A DNA stretch of 64,000 nt from Marsupella aquatica (Eukaryota > Plantae > Marchantiophyta): NCBI GenBank assembly GCA_973895155.1, contig OZ316891.1, positions 8,557,875 through 8,621,874 of the forward strand, written 5' to 3'. Shown here one piece after another: positions 1-12,750 of the stretch. The notes beneath the pieces are model-generated. The model was not told the origin of the DNA. It ran no database searches and saw only the letters and a list, made by a program, of their open reading frames with translations. Position numbers and translations under genes: made by a program. Within the stretch, counting starts at the first letter, position 1. Every line of letters begins with the position of its first letter.

Positions 1-2367
1 AGCCAGCTGATTGTCGGTCCTCTGGCTGGCAAAGCATCAGGCCAGAGGAGCTGCTTCGATTCTCTCCTCCAACTTAGAACTAAAGTAAAGGAAATGTGTG
101 GGGTCTGTGTGGTCCAGGGCGCGAGTCTTCCTCAGTAGTACTCCAAACTTGCAGACAAAAGTGAATCAGGGGCGGGCGGTGTGGTCCTACGTACTGCCCC
201 TCTAAAGACCGATCTCTTCCACTTTCCATCACTTCACCGTACTAGTAAGTTGACAGGAAAGGATGAGATCGATGCAATTTGGTACCAGCTAGGCCCGGGG
301 ATGATTCCTCATAAGACTTCTTCCATGTCTCCACCAAGCCAGCCAGGTCCTAGGTAGATGGGTACCACGCCACCCAGCTACTGTGGGACTGCTGCATCTG
401 AGCTACCCGAACTAACTTAATGCAAGGACAACAGCTTCTCTCGAATCGGGCACAGATGAGTCTGAAGTGTAAGTTCTTTGATATTGTTAATTGCATAGAA
501 ATTGCAGATTTTGTCTGAGGGCTAACATTTCCACGTTCTTATTGAAACCTGTTGCTACCCACATTGTGAAATTTTTCGATTGGAAAGATTTGGAATATTT
601 GTTTATAAACTTCATTAAACATTTTTCAGTTTTAATTGTTTTTAATGTCAGTCTTTAAAGGGGGAATCCCCTTAGAGCAAGCTGACATACACCATTTTTC
701 TGTTCCTGAGAATTAGAAGCTTGATTGAGCGGACTCTAATTTCAGACACTCCTTTGGGTCTCTCTCCCCTTAAGAGAAATAAATTTTGCATCACTTTGTT
801 GTACTGCAGTACCCCAACAAGGGTTGCTGAGTACATCCCGCCGCTGTACTTTACGAGTAGTCAATACGGTCCAGAATTCTCGTTCAGGAGTTTCCTTCCC
901 GCAATCTACTCTGATTGATTGGATTGGTTGGATAGACTCCCGACATTTTCGTCAGCAGGATAGAACTTCTTGGAAAAGTAACTCTGGAAATCATCACAAT
1001 TTCTACAATTTCCAAGAACTCCAGAATGAAGATCATAGCATTTAGGGAAAGATTCTATGCATGGGAGGCAATCAAGGAACGGAGAGAGGCACAGAAGAGC
1101 TCGTTTATATTGGGTTCTTGTAATTGCTATAGTCACGGGTCGTTTGGAGGTGTGGGGGGATTTCATCTCCTCTCCTCTCCTCTTCGAGCTCTCTCGGCAT
1201 TTCGTTCTTCTGAATTGCCTCCTCTTTTGCTCCTGCAACCTCTGATGCTGCTCTTCGTTTGACGGGTAGACTCTCCATTTGGTGAATTGGAGGCTGTGCC
1301 CGGAACTTACATGCAAAAGGTCCAAGTTTTGCCTTCTCTGGCCTCCTTGCCGTGCTGCAACGTTCATGCTTGATTTGTTTCCTTGCAAGTGATTTCGATC
1401 CAGACCGTGTTTAAGTATACAGTAGTATCATTTTGAGCGAAAATCAAAGGAGTGCCTCATATATGCCGTAGCAGAAGATTTCGGTGAAGAGGCAGCCCAA
1501 TTGCAGAGGAAATACTCATTCCTGAGGCCACTCCTTGCATCGATGCTGCGCTTGTTTCCTCGATGGGAATTGTCTGCTGTACATTGGATCCTTCTTGGGT
1601 GAATCTCTTTCAAATAAATTCAAAACTCTAGTGTGACCGTCACTTCTGTGGCATCCCCTGTGGCAAGATTCGTTCGTCTTCTTTTCCTGTAATCTATCTG
1701 CACACTGGGAGAGTTCATTGCAGTAACAAAGCTGCTGACTAGTGTCAACTCCCTCGATTGCTGTACCAATCCTTTGGATCGGGATCAATGTTATCACTGG
1801 GAGATGAATCCATGGAGAGTTGTGAGTTGTGAATTGTCTGTCTGAGTTGCGAACAACTCTCTAAACAGTGGGGCTCCTTTGTTTCGTGGTTTTTGTATAC
1901 GAGTAGTTCACGTTGAGCCGGGCAGTGGCCGGCAATACTGTGTTAAGCTTTTAACAACGTGCAACCCCACGCGAATTTGTAACTATGATTGAGTTGATGC
2001 AGATCATTCAATTTTATGAGTCTGTAATCCAGATTAGAAGATTGTAAGATTTGGGGGATTTGAATTGCACTACGTTATCCGGTCCCTGGGTATTACATCG
2101 AACCTGGGTGCCAGTGTTGTGCCGTACCCACTTCTTGAACAAGCTCCGTCCAGCTCAGAAAAGTGTCACATGTTCCCTGTTGGCGTATTAATTCTCCTTA
2201 CACCAAGTGACATTGTATGTCCATTTGTGTTTTGGGCCACTGGTTATGTGCAATTCTTGACTCGGGGACTTTGGATGTGTCTCCAAGGTTGCAAATTTCT
2301 GAACACACTATTGCTGGTGATATTTGCCTTTCTCCGCAGGTCCATCTGACCTCAAAAGGTGAGATCT

Positions 2368-5300
2368 ATGGCAGAAGGGAACGTTGCTCTTGATCAATAC
2401 CAGCAGCCGCTTGCAGCAGCTGCCGATACCATAGGGGTTGACGATCTGACCATCCTCCAAGGCAACCTGTCCATCAGTGATTCCAAGGAGGAACAGGTTG
2501 GGGTAAGCTCAGATTATTGGACCATATGACGTGGTTGTTCTGTACTCCTAGATTTGGTTTGTATTCGGATATAAGGTCTGAGCATGGGGCTGGTGGTTAG
2601 ATCATTTATCTCTTTCACTTTATAAGTATGTGATTTTATGAGCGGAACATCTTGACTTTCGAATTACTCGTGCCTGGCAGCCCTACTCACACTGTCTTTT
2701 GAGTTGGTTTTCAAAGGAAACTATCCGTTCACTTAATACTCATTTAGGTGGTAGGGCTGGCTAGCTTCTGTTGATGTCACTACATGACAAGGCTTGATAA
2801 TAAATGCAGTACGACGACAAGTTAGTGTCTCCTCTTGGGGTTGGATCTGAAGTCTAGAAGGTTGTGTCATTGGTTACAAATCCTTCCCATATCCTTACTT
2901 ATAACCTACAGATTCGAATTCATTGGTGATGCCTTCAACCGCGTAAAGTGATGTTACATCTGCGTTTAGGTCAAGATCCTAATATCAGCGTTGTTCTTCC
3001 TCATGTTGGAGAATGTTCAATGCGAGTTTCAAAATGATGCCCAGTCCTCAAGATCTATCTGATAAGTTTCATGACCTTTTCTACTAACAGTTGGAAAAGC
3101 GCTACTGACCCAGAATTTCACCTAATGTCAAATTCTTCTTATAGACAGCAGAGGATGAAACAACGATAAAGAAGCTGGCCCTCGTGCAAGAGGCCATTGA
3201 TGGTTTCTATTTTCGGCAGGTTTGATCTTGAGCCATTCACGTAGTTAAATTTTGGAAACACTTTTATCCAAACAACTCCCAGCAACAGCATCCAACTCCT
3301 CCTGTGAAGGAGGTTTTGTGTGTTGGCAAATAAAGTTTATATCTTGACTATTAAAGGCTTTATTCCGACAGTTGATTTTGAAAGCTAATGGGAATGCAAC
3401 TACCCTTTTTACCACTCATCATACGTGATGTAATTCAGAGCTTTAAAGATCGGTTGCCCGAGTAAAATGAAAGGGCTTGTCTTATTCAAGTGCGCGAAGA
3501 TAATTCTGACACTACGTGGATTACTGTAATTCTGTTTGATGCAGCTCCTACCTGGACGGGACATTTGTTTGAACCCCATGAATAAAGTGGAAAAGCAGGT
3601 CTGGTGTTTCTCAATATTGCTAATTCATCGTTATGCAACTGAATCGACGATACCACATCCATATGAGCTTGTGATATCATATGGATTATCACAATTTGTA
3701 TTCCATCTTCAGTTTGCGTTTTGGGTGTCCCATAGCTTACAAGCTTTACCTGTCCCAATCAATCAGTGAGTCTGCCCTCTCATCTGGGTTTTCCGAATCA
3801 CTGGAATGCAGTTAGGGATCTAGAAGTCAAGAACTTCTGTTTTTATTCTCCTCTTGATTACTTCAATGCAGATTTTCTCAAGCGCACAGCAACTGCAGAA
3901 TTTAGTCTACTTGATTGGGGATGCCAAGACACGAGAATGTGTAGTGGTTGATGCTTGTTGGGATGTTAAAGTAATTCTCTCAACTTAATTCGAGTTTACC
4001 TCTGTTTTCATATTCATTCAAGTTGTGGCTCAATATTCTCCTGTGCCGAAGGACGTCAAGCAAGTCATTGCAATCTCATATCACATTTTCATCGAGTTAA
4101 AAGAGATGCGGGATAAAGGAACTCATTTCACTTGGTGCTTAGTTACGTTTTGGCCTGTCCACCCAGGGTATCAGACATTGCAATTTTTAGGTTATTTCGG
4201 TTCATTAGGTTAAAAGAGGTACTTGAAGGAGCAGATTGTGCTACTTGATTGTATTGTTTTATATGACCGATCTGGGTGGGGTTTTATTCAGGGTATCAGA
4301 GCAATATTGGCCGAAGACGACATGAAACTGGTAACATTCTGTATTTATCCCTGACAGTAATCGTTTTGTCAAAGATGCTGATACTAGAACAGGATAGGTG
4401 TGATACTCTCTAAGTGAAACTGCAGGCGGTCTCAAGGTTGCCTGTCAAAAATCTTTCTTCTGTACATGTATAAATCAAATGGCGACGTGTTATTTCATAA
4501 TTGCAAATGTAGACTTCCATCTGTCATAATGGTAGCCTATGGCTTTATGGAGGGTGCTTAATTTGTCATGTTGGGTACTGGCAGGTTGGAGCGATAGTGA
4601 CTCATTATCACTTTGATCATGTCGGTGGTACCCCACCTCCACCATTTGACTCACTTGGCATAAAAGTACCTGGTGTTTGGGAGCTTGCAATGGAAGATAA
4701 AGTGAAGGTGTGTTCGTCTGGTCACAGAGCTTGGTAGCTTTATAAAGGTTTCCTTTCCATGCCACTCTTGCATATGTGATATTGCATTGGGATCGCTTAC
4801 TGGGAAGTTCCTTTTGAGAGTGGATTCCAAGTGGATGTATCGTATACATCTTTGAAGGGTCATGCCTACCATGTTAATCATGCAAACCTGCAAAGTGAAT
4901 TCACTAAGACAGTGAATTGGATACATATATGATTATCTGGCAGGTTTATATCAACGAGAAGGACGCAGACCACATTAGAAGAAAAAATAATATTCCAGCT
5001 GCAGCCATGGTTTTGGTTGAGGTATCCATCAATTTTAATTGACAAAACACCATCCTGAATTTGAAAGATTTATAGTTGAAGGTCAGAACTTCTGGCACAG
5101 ATAATTCATCGTTTAGTCACATGGATAACTCTGCACTGCCCAGACCAAATTTTGAACACGGGTTACGATACACAACTGCAGGAAGGTTTTAGAAGAGTCC
5201 ACACAACTAGGAATCTGTATTTACTCAAACTAAAAACAACAAAATGTGCTTGGTCTCTGAGACTCATCTGACATACGATCTGAAGATTGCCACTATTAAG

Positions 5301-6352
5301 GGACCTTGTGTTCTTTTTCCTCATTCAGGACTCGACAATTATCAATGTTGGAAGTATCGAACTCCATTTCATTCACACCCCTGGTCACACCCCAGGCAGT
5401 CAATGTGTTTATGTACCCAGGTACTCCTGTTTGTCCTTGACAGAAAGGCTGGTTATTGATAAGGACTTACGGTCCATTCCATCACGTCCATCTGCATTCT
5501 CAAGTATTCTCTCAAGTTACTGCACTCCAATGCTGTCTCTTTTACAAGCTTTGCAAAGAGAGGCATGTGCACGGTTTTTTAGTTGATTAATCGCCCCCCC
5601 GCCCCCCACCCACCCACGACAATGCTTTCTGACTCCTCGTCTTACAGACACGATGAAGGCGTACTACTAGCTGGAGATACTCTTTTTGCTGGAAGGTACA
5701 TTCTTAAGCAGCTTCAATGACGTTTCCACAATGAGCTTTAGATGCAGAGAAATACCTTCATTTGAAGAAAATCAAAACCAGTTGGTACTGGAAGTCAATT
5801 ACTTGTACGAATAATATTTTTTTCACTGTTCGGCAGTTGTGGGAGGCTGGATTTCCCAGACTGCGATCCTAAAGCTATGTTCCATAGTCTTCAGACGAAA
5901 CTTGCAGCCTTACCTGACAGCACAAAGTGAGTACCCCTCAGTCATGCTTGTTGGAGTCCTGTCAGTGTTGATGAGTCAAGGGCCTCGGAGAAAAGAGCCG
6001 GAAAAAGGAAGGCTTGTGAAATTTTCGTTGTACTGATCATGTCGTTTACCTGTTTCTGCTTTCATCTTTTCATGTGACCTCTTTTAAATTACCAGCGTGA
6101 GCGACCTTCTTAATAGGATGCTACAGATTTTCCATTGTCCTGTGCGGGCTTTCCTTACCATATGTATATCTTCTAACTGTATCTTTTTCTTAAGTAGTGA
6201 AATGAACTAAAATAATTGCTTTCCTCATCTACAGAGTGTACTCGGGACACAACTACGGTGGTCCATGCACTACAATTGCAGTTGAGAAAATGAAAGGACA
6301 GCTGAAACCAGTAAATGAAAGCCATTGGATGAAGTACCATCATGAGTTTTAG
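2368..6352 (+). CDS. Metallo-beta-lactamase-fold hydrolase (glyoxalase II / hydroxyacylglutathione hydrolase-like), 11 coding exons, ~316 aa
   Basis: Exons 2368-2502, 3145-3219, 3545-3598, 3872-3970, 4292-4330, 4585-4707, 4944-5021, 5329-5420, 5648-5695, 5837-5926 and 6235-6352 join through GT-AG introns into a 951-nt open frame. MBL motifs present: THYHFDH (HxHxDH), HTPGHTPGS, LAGDTLF-GSCGRLDFP, YSGHNY. Confidence 0.9.
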
Positions 6353-6849
6353 AGGGTATGAGCCCTATGCCAGTGCTTGCACTGTGCAAGGAGGGCCGGT
6401 CCATAGGGAGGAGGGCTGGGGCATTTATGGGGCAGCGGGAAGCACATATCCTCTATCAATGGTCAGGGAAAACATCTAATCGGATCCAACTGCTGTGGAT
6501 CTTTCCCGCCCAGGAGCTTTTTTGTATTGGGATGAAGGGCAAAAAAAGACGGGATCCCGTATTATAGTTGTAGATGATTTCTAGGCGCGATACCCCAGTG
6601 TGGTTGAGGATTGTAAAGAATGTTTGTAGATATACAAAGGGTTTTCAATCCCCAATATAGATGCTGTCCATGTGTGCTTTGCACTTCGATATGTAGATTT
6701 ACATCAATGCTTCTAGTGAAACATACATCTATTTGACATCCACCAGATGATGTTGCGAAAATACATTCTCCAAAACTTGCATAATTATCAAACATCCATT
6801 AAGGAGTATGGGAAGGTTGTCTATGGCTTTTTCTTTGAGCGTGTCTTTC

Positions 6850-7800
6850 TCTACAAAATAACCATGGGCTTGTACTAGACATGAGCATAACATTGAAAAC
6901 ACTCAACCACTCATAATCAGCACAAATGGACTCCAAGTGAAAAGCAAGACAACAATGACTGTTCACACATCTTTCCAGACCTTTGGTACTAAGAAATCAT
7001 CAGAGTCATTCCATGTATTCCATTGGACCAGACCTCAACCTCCCCACGGTGTGGCTGTGCAAATTAATTATTTGCGCCACCCCATAGAGCTTCTTGACAA
7101 TATGATTCATAAATCTTCAAATTTTATTTGGATGATCGTGGGTAGAGTTATTTGCGCCACCCCATAGAGCTTCTTGACAATATGATTCATAAATCTTCAA
7201 ATTTTATTTGGATGATCGTGGGTAGAGTTAGTTAGGTAGTTATATCGAGAGTTGGATTTGATATCAACCCCGTGACTTAAACAATTTATAGCATTCTTGT
7301 CTCTAATGATCTGTTACAATATGCTCCATTGGCTATCTCAACTTTTAGCGTGGCTCCACAACACGATCATCTTCACCATTCGAGCTTCTTGACTGTATGG
7401 CCTTTCCTAGGAATTCGCGCCAATTGATCTTGCCCATAGAGTGCACCATACAGCTTAAAGTACAAGCAAGAAACATGAAATTTGTCTCGTGGTGTTCATG
7501 GTGCCATTTGTATCTACCACCACCAGCCTATCTTTCAAACACTTCTAAACACATTCCTAGATTATTTTGAGTGGCCAGTAATGTAGAGGCCCTCGTGTAG
7601 TCTCTTCCAAAATAAACATCCAGAGTAGGGTCCCACCTAGCTCATATCCCTTGCTTTTGGCCTGAGCACAAGCTGTTTCTTTTGCCCAATTCAAACAAAA
7701 GTCTTCCCTAGATAACACATTCACTAAGTGAGCTTGGCTTAATCTACATTGTTTGTTCAGAGAAATTATGGCCTATGGTTTCACTCTATGAGTAGGTCAT
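6850..7800 (-). mobile_element. Decayed LINE (L1-like) ORF2 3' fragment, zf-RVT-like region
   Basis: Minus-strand translation near 7620-7450 gives LFWKRLHEGLY...GMCLEVFER...ETNFMFLACT with stops and frameshifts, resembling the C-terminal zf-RVT motif of plant LINEs. Boundaries are approximate. Confidence 0.45.
7068..7230 (+). repeat. 80-bp perfect tandem duplication (x2)
   Basis: ttatttgcgccaccccatagagc...gatcgtgggtagag occurs twice back to back. Confidence 0.9.
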
Positions 7801-9769
7801 GAAGCGTAGATTTCAACTACAGATTATAGTAGATGTGTGTACAATGTAGTAATATACATGGTGGAAGAAAATAGTACGGTACAGGGGGTTTGGATGAAGG
7901 AGATTCCTCTTTGATGCAATTCAACACAATGTGACACCTAAGTCCCTATCTTCTACATCTACAAAGTAAATAGTACAATGAAACAGACTAGTGTAGTAAA
8001 TATAAGCCCAAACTTTACTAGAAAAGCAAAATGACATCTAATAACCATGAGAAAGAGCATAGTAGAATTATAGTAGCAGTTGTGATTTTGGGGAACGCCC
8101 TATCAAGATCCTTGTGATATAGCATGCTCATCCTGGAACATGCTTTATTTTTTGTCTTGTAGTGATCTGAAAGTAAATAAAATATGAGAGCATAGAAGTG
8201 CTGTTATACAAGTAAAATGTCTGCCAAGAAAAGCACAGTGACCAAGAAAAGGTACAGTCAAACGATGCTAAGATGTGTGCACTTAACTCAGGGTGCCTTA
8301 TGAATGGCACTCCTTTCAATCAAAGCCATAAACTTAGGAAAGAAAAACATGAGGAGAACTTAAGAGGCTATGCATTCATGTTCTTCAACATCATTTCTCT
8401 CACTTGTGGTGGTGGAACCTTTGGTTTCATCTCTAATAAAACACATACCCTGAAAAAAGGGGGCTGCCAAAATAAATTCAAAACACTCTAGAATACTTAA
8501 AACTAAAGGGGTCTAAAAATTAATAAAAAATGTATAGAATACAAAGGCTGCCCCTTGATAAGGCAGATTGAAATGAAAATACATGACACAAAAATCTGAA
8601 TAAGACAAAATCTGAAATGTGCATTCACCATATAGCAGCTTCAAAAAATTCAAGCTCCTTGTGATAAAAAGAAGAAGAAGGAAACCACTTAAGATCAAGC
8701 AGAACAACTACCTTGTAGGTGAGGAAAACCCTTTGTTTACCTTTTTGTGTGAAATCATATGACCTTCCCATGATTGTATCCAAAAACCTTTATTAATTTC
8801 AATTTGACCGTCCATAACCCCACCAGAAGCCCTCAAACTGGCCCTTAATAGTGCCTTTGCACCTTCATATGTACTGTAAACATGGATTTGGATGTGTCTT
8901 TCTGCCAGTTTGATGATGATGGAAGTCTGAAGAGCACGCTGGTTTGGTGACCTTCTTTCGTGCTAAAACTGGAGGTCTATAGTTTACATTTAGAAGCTGA
9001 CCTGTAAATATTTAAAGATATGGATGTTGGGGAGGACAATCGCCCAATCTTCTCTCCATCTGGTGCATTTGCACATTAAGGAGCAAAGTGGAGCATTGAT
9101 AGATATTCCATGTTAGTAGGAACATATTCATTTGAAGCAATGGAGGTCAGTTTGGGGGATTTTGGGTGGGGTTGTGCAAAGTCTGTAGCAACGTCATCAA
9201 CTCAATGCCCATACACGCACCTCAATAATTTGTATTTATTTGGGGAGCACTGATCACCAAACCGGTGTTGCCACTGCAAATTGCACAAAAGCCCTGCTTG
9301 CAATCACAGACCGAGGCACGGACGGGGCCCCTATATGCTAGTGTCTGCAAAAATTGCCAAAACCCACCTGTCACCCACAAAATCATCTGCCATCCAACCC
9401 TCCTGCAAATTTACTTGTGCACTATCGGCCAACACAAGCAGGAGCCAAGCTTTACACATACCCAAACTATTGTTTTCTGGCGCAAGCTTGACCTTCAAAC
9501 AGACATTGCTGCATGGTGTTTGGACAATTGTAAATTTATATGCAGATTGGTGGAGGGGTTCTGCCTTTTGACCACCTCATAGCATATATCATTTTCCCTT
9601 CATTCTCAGTTAGCCGCCACCTCAAATGCAAGTCATCGACACCACTTCAGGCGCAAGCCCACAGGCCTTCAGTTGCAACTTTTTCGGATTCTGGATTTCC
9701 ACCTATTTAAAGTTACAGGAAAGTTGTTAAGGTTATTGGTTCAAGTGTTGAGCCCACGGGCTTTCCTTA

Positions 9770-10996
9770 GGTAGCCAAACATTGGCTTCAATAACTTTTA
9801 CAGGAATTCCCATAACTCTTGAGTCATAGAAAGGCATTGTCCTGGTATGGCCAAGTATTGAGGTGCCCTATGAGAGAGAGATAAGGCTATATTAAGCACA
9901 ACACACATTCAAGGTCATGTCAAGTCTGGAATAAGTTGGCTTACGGGAGCCAAACATTTATTTGGCTCCCATAACTTTTGCAGAGTTGGCTTACGGGAGC
10001 CGAATATTGGCTCCCATAACTTTTGCAGAAGCTCCCACATGAGCTCCCATAACTCTTGAATTATAGGAAAGTGTTATCCTAGTACGGTTGAGTATTGAGA
10101 CACCCTATTACGAGGACTCAAAACTAGGGCTGGGTCATTCCATCGCGAAATGACTCATATGTACATAAGGCTGAGCCCTGGCTGATGCAACAGGCTTTGA
10201 AAGTTTTTGGACTTAAATTTTTTCACGCTCTGGGAGACAAGTGGTGCGGGCGAGAGAGAAGCTCATGCTTGCGTGTTGTGCTCCGCTTTCTGAAAGAAAC
10301 ACACTTGGCAATGTTTAGACCCAAATGGTCACTGCAAGACACTAAAAGCCTGTGGCCACAGTGTGCGACCTGCCCTGGGGGCTGCCGCACAATGTGAAGA
10401 CTGAGTCTGCCCCAACCTAACTCGGAAGTCTTAAGCTCGGGCATCTCAAACTTGCTCTCCCCTGGTTTTTTGCGGTCAGCATTTCAAAGAAATCTATGTC
10501 CATGATCTAGACCTTAAAATCCAACTTCCGGGCCAGCTTAATCCACTGGGTTTCAGGTTTGAGATGGGTTTCAACACGCTCCTGCCGGTCAGCTGGGCCC
10601 TAACAATTTCAGAATGGTCACTGACAATTCTTGAAGGGCACCAAGACACTTTGTGTAAAGCAACTCTAGGTGCGAACGGCCTGACTCCGAGTTAGAGACA
10701 GTCACCTTTTGCAGGAACCACATATTTGTCCGTGACCCGGCCCGCAACAAGTTGGTCACAGGAAACCTCCTAGAATGAGCTGGTTTGGAGATGCTTATGG
10801 TGTGGACTGTGGTGCATCGACCATCCGAGTTACCGACCATCCGAGTTACTGACGATCACCTTTTACAGGAATGGAATCGCATATTTTTGGTCCAAGACCC
10901 GTGCCGCAACATCTTGGTCACAGGAAACTTCCAGGAATGAACTACAGTAGCATAAAATGAGAGTAGCATAAAATGAGCTACAGTAGTTTGAGAGGC

Positions 10997-11000
<4 letters not shown>
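9770..11000. mobile_element. Cluster of non-autonomous DNA-transposon (MITE/hAT-like) ends with internal palindromic repeats
   Basis: Right-end motif TTGAG(A/G)xxCCCTA at 9858-9870, 10095-10107 and 10986-11000; left-end-like CGGGCATCTCAAAC at ~10438; duplicated GGGAGCC-N-GGCTCCCATAAC palindromes at 9936-10030; duplicated subterminal block at 10720-10780 and 10880-10945. Confidence 0.55.

Positions 11001-11001
<1 letters not shown>

Positions 11002-11040
<39 letters not shown>
11002..11040 (+). repeat. (GA)n microsatellite
   Basis: About 19 perfect GA units. Confidence 0.95.
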
Positions 11041-11041
<1 letters not shown>

Positions 11042-11163
11042 ATCATAGTGTACCGTAGAGTACAAGATTAATAAGCAGATGCATTCACTTATTTCTGTAC
11101 CTCTGTTCTCCATGGGGGAGTGGTATAAATTGCAGCTCACTCCAGAAACGCGAAAAACAGACC

Positions 11164-12750
11164 ATGAGAAGAAGTGGCTTCTCATCAGCGCAAACAATTC
11201 TGAGGATCGCTGAGGTCCGTCAAAGTGGAAGGTGCTGCTGCTGCTCATCCTCGTCGTCGAACAGAATTAGTGATTGGGCATCGAGAAGCCGGCGAAGCAG
11301 AGGAGGAGGAGGAGGAGAAGAAGAAAAAGAACAAGAAGGGGAGAGGAGGAGGAGCCGGGAAATCAGCAACCAGTACAAATCGACAGCTATGTCGAACAGA
11401 GGTGAGACCGCCGCGATTGCCCAGGCTGAGGCAGCAGGACGAGAGGCCGCCAAGGCAGCAGCTGCGGAAGCAAACGGAGGAGGAGGAGGAGGTGGAAGAG
11501 GAGCAGGGAAGGGAGGAGACGAGAAAGCAGCAGCACAACAGCAGAGCAATGGAGCGCCCGCCGGAGAAAAGAGTGGTGAGATGGCGGTGTCGTTTGATGA
11601 TGCCACTCACGGATTCACTCGCCCGGAAATGCACACGGAATCGCTCGTGGGCACCGTGCAGTACTTCGAGCGGCACCTGTTTCTCTGCTGCAAGGGCCCC
11701 GAGAGCTGGCCTTCCGCTGTCGAAGCTGCCTCTGAGCAGTTCGATCGCCTTCCCAACCGTCTTGCCGGTGCTCTCAAGGCTCGCAAGAACGACGTGCCGT
11801 TGAAGACGCGGCTGACGATATGCGAGGAGTGCGCTGGTCCCGATTCATCGAGTGCTGGAGATGTCCTCGTATTTCCGGACATGGTGCGGTACAAGGGCTT
11901 GACGGATGTCGATGTAGATCAGTTTGTTGAGGATGCTCTTGTCGGTGGGAAGGAGTGGAAGAGCTCTGGGTCTGGGCCGGAGTCTTTGAATGGGAGCTAC
12001 ATCTTTGTCTGTTCGCATGCGAGTCGGGATAAACGGTGTGGTTCTTGCGGTCCCGTGCTGATCGAGAAGCTGAAGGATGAGATTAGGGCGCGGGGGCTGG
12101 AGGACAAGATCTTTGTACGAGCTTGTTCTCACATAGGGGGGCACAAATATGCAGGAAATGTGATTGTGTTTAGCTCGAGTGGGACTGGAGCCGTGGAAGG
12201 TCACTGGTATGGGTACGTCGCTACAGCAGATGTGCCTCTCATTCTGGATCAGCATATCGGGAGAGGGGAAATCGTTGAGCGGCTTTGGAGAGGGCAGATG
12301 GGTGTGAATGAAGGGGATTCCAAGGTGGCACAGCAGAACAGGCTGGGAAGTGGGGAGGGTGGAGCAAACACTTGCTGTCAAAGCAGCAGCAGCCCAGCGC
12401 AAGCGAATGGTGGAAATCAATGTGGTGGTGGTTCCGGGTGCTGCCAAATGTCAAATGAGCGGGCTGTGAAGGAGGTGAAAGAGAACAGAATTCCCGACTT
12501 CTTAGTGAGTGCTGGTTCGAGTGCTCATGATGGTCATTTGATTTTTCCAGAGGATGACGACACAGATGAAGAGCCAGCAGATCCCCGGCTTCACCTCTGG
12601 GGAAATTACTACATCCCGCTGCCCAAATGGGTTCAGACTTGGGAGAAAGAAGACACTAATTCTGCCTTGGCAATAGTTGGAGCAGCTGCCGCTGTAGCTG
12701 TCGCTGTTCACCTGTGGAGAGAGGCCGCCTCCTCTTCCTCATCATCATAA
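11164..12750 (+). CDS. Sucrase/ferredoxin-like (APD1/Aim32 family) thioredoxin-like 2Fe-2S protein, intronless; start is ATG 11164 or 11389
   Basis: 528-aa ORF with GFTRPEM, RHLFLC, GDVLVFPDMVRY, FVCSHASRDKRCGSCG, CSHIGGHKYAGN, GHWYGYV, LWRGQMG and a C-terminal hydrophobic anchor (ALAIVGAAAAVAVAV), matching plant sucrase/ferredoxin-like proteins. Confidence 0.92.
   Translation: MRRSGFSSAQTILRIAEVRQSGRCCCCSSSSSNRISDWASRSRRSRGGGGGEEEKEQEGERRRSREISNQYKSTAMSNRGETAAIAQAEAAGREAAKAAAAEANGGGGGGGRGAGKGGDEKAAAQQQSNGAPAGEKSGEMAVSFDDATHGFTRPEMHTESLVGTVQYFERHLFLCCKGPESWPSAVEAASEQFDRLPNRLAGALKARKNDVPLKTRLTICEECAGPDSSSAGDVLVFPDMVRYKGLTDVDVDQFVEDALVGGKEWKSSGSGPESLNGSYIFVCSHASRDKRCGSCGPVLIEKLKDEIRARGLEDKIFVRACSHIGGHKYAGNVIVFSSSGTGAVEGHWYGYVATADVPLILDQHIGRGEIVERLWRGQMGVNEGDSKVAQQNRLGSGEGGANTCCQSSSSPAQANGGNQCGGGSGCCQMSNERAVKEVKENRIPDFLVSAGSSAHDGHLIFPEDDDTDEEPADPRLHLWGNYYIPLPKWVQTWEKEDTNSALAIVGAAAAVAVAVHLWREAASSSSSS

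Noticed and set aside
1057-1245. Small ORF with RRARLY resembling DVL/RTFL peptides
   Set aside because: Lacks the IxRRCxxMLLCW remainder of the RTFL motif.
5022-5328. U12-type intron (donor GTATCCAT)
   Set aside because: Deviates from GTATCCTT and no TCCTTAAC branch site lies near the acceptor.
9936-10030. Palindromic direct repeats resembling a CRISPR array
   Set aside because: Only two or three copies, no unique spacers, no cas genes, eukaryotic context; better explained as TE subterminal repeats.
11220-12711. Overlapping antisense and alternate-frame ORFs (128-200 aa)
   Set aside because: Shadow ORFs of the GC-rich APD1-like coding sequence.
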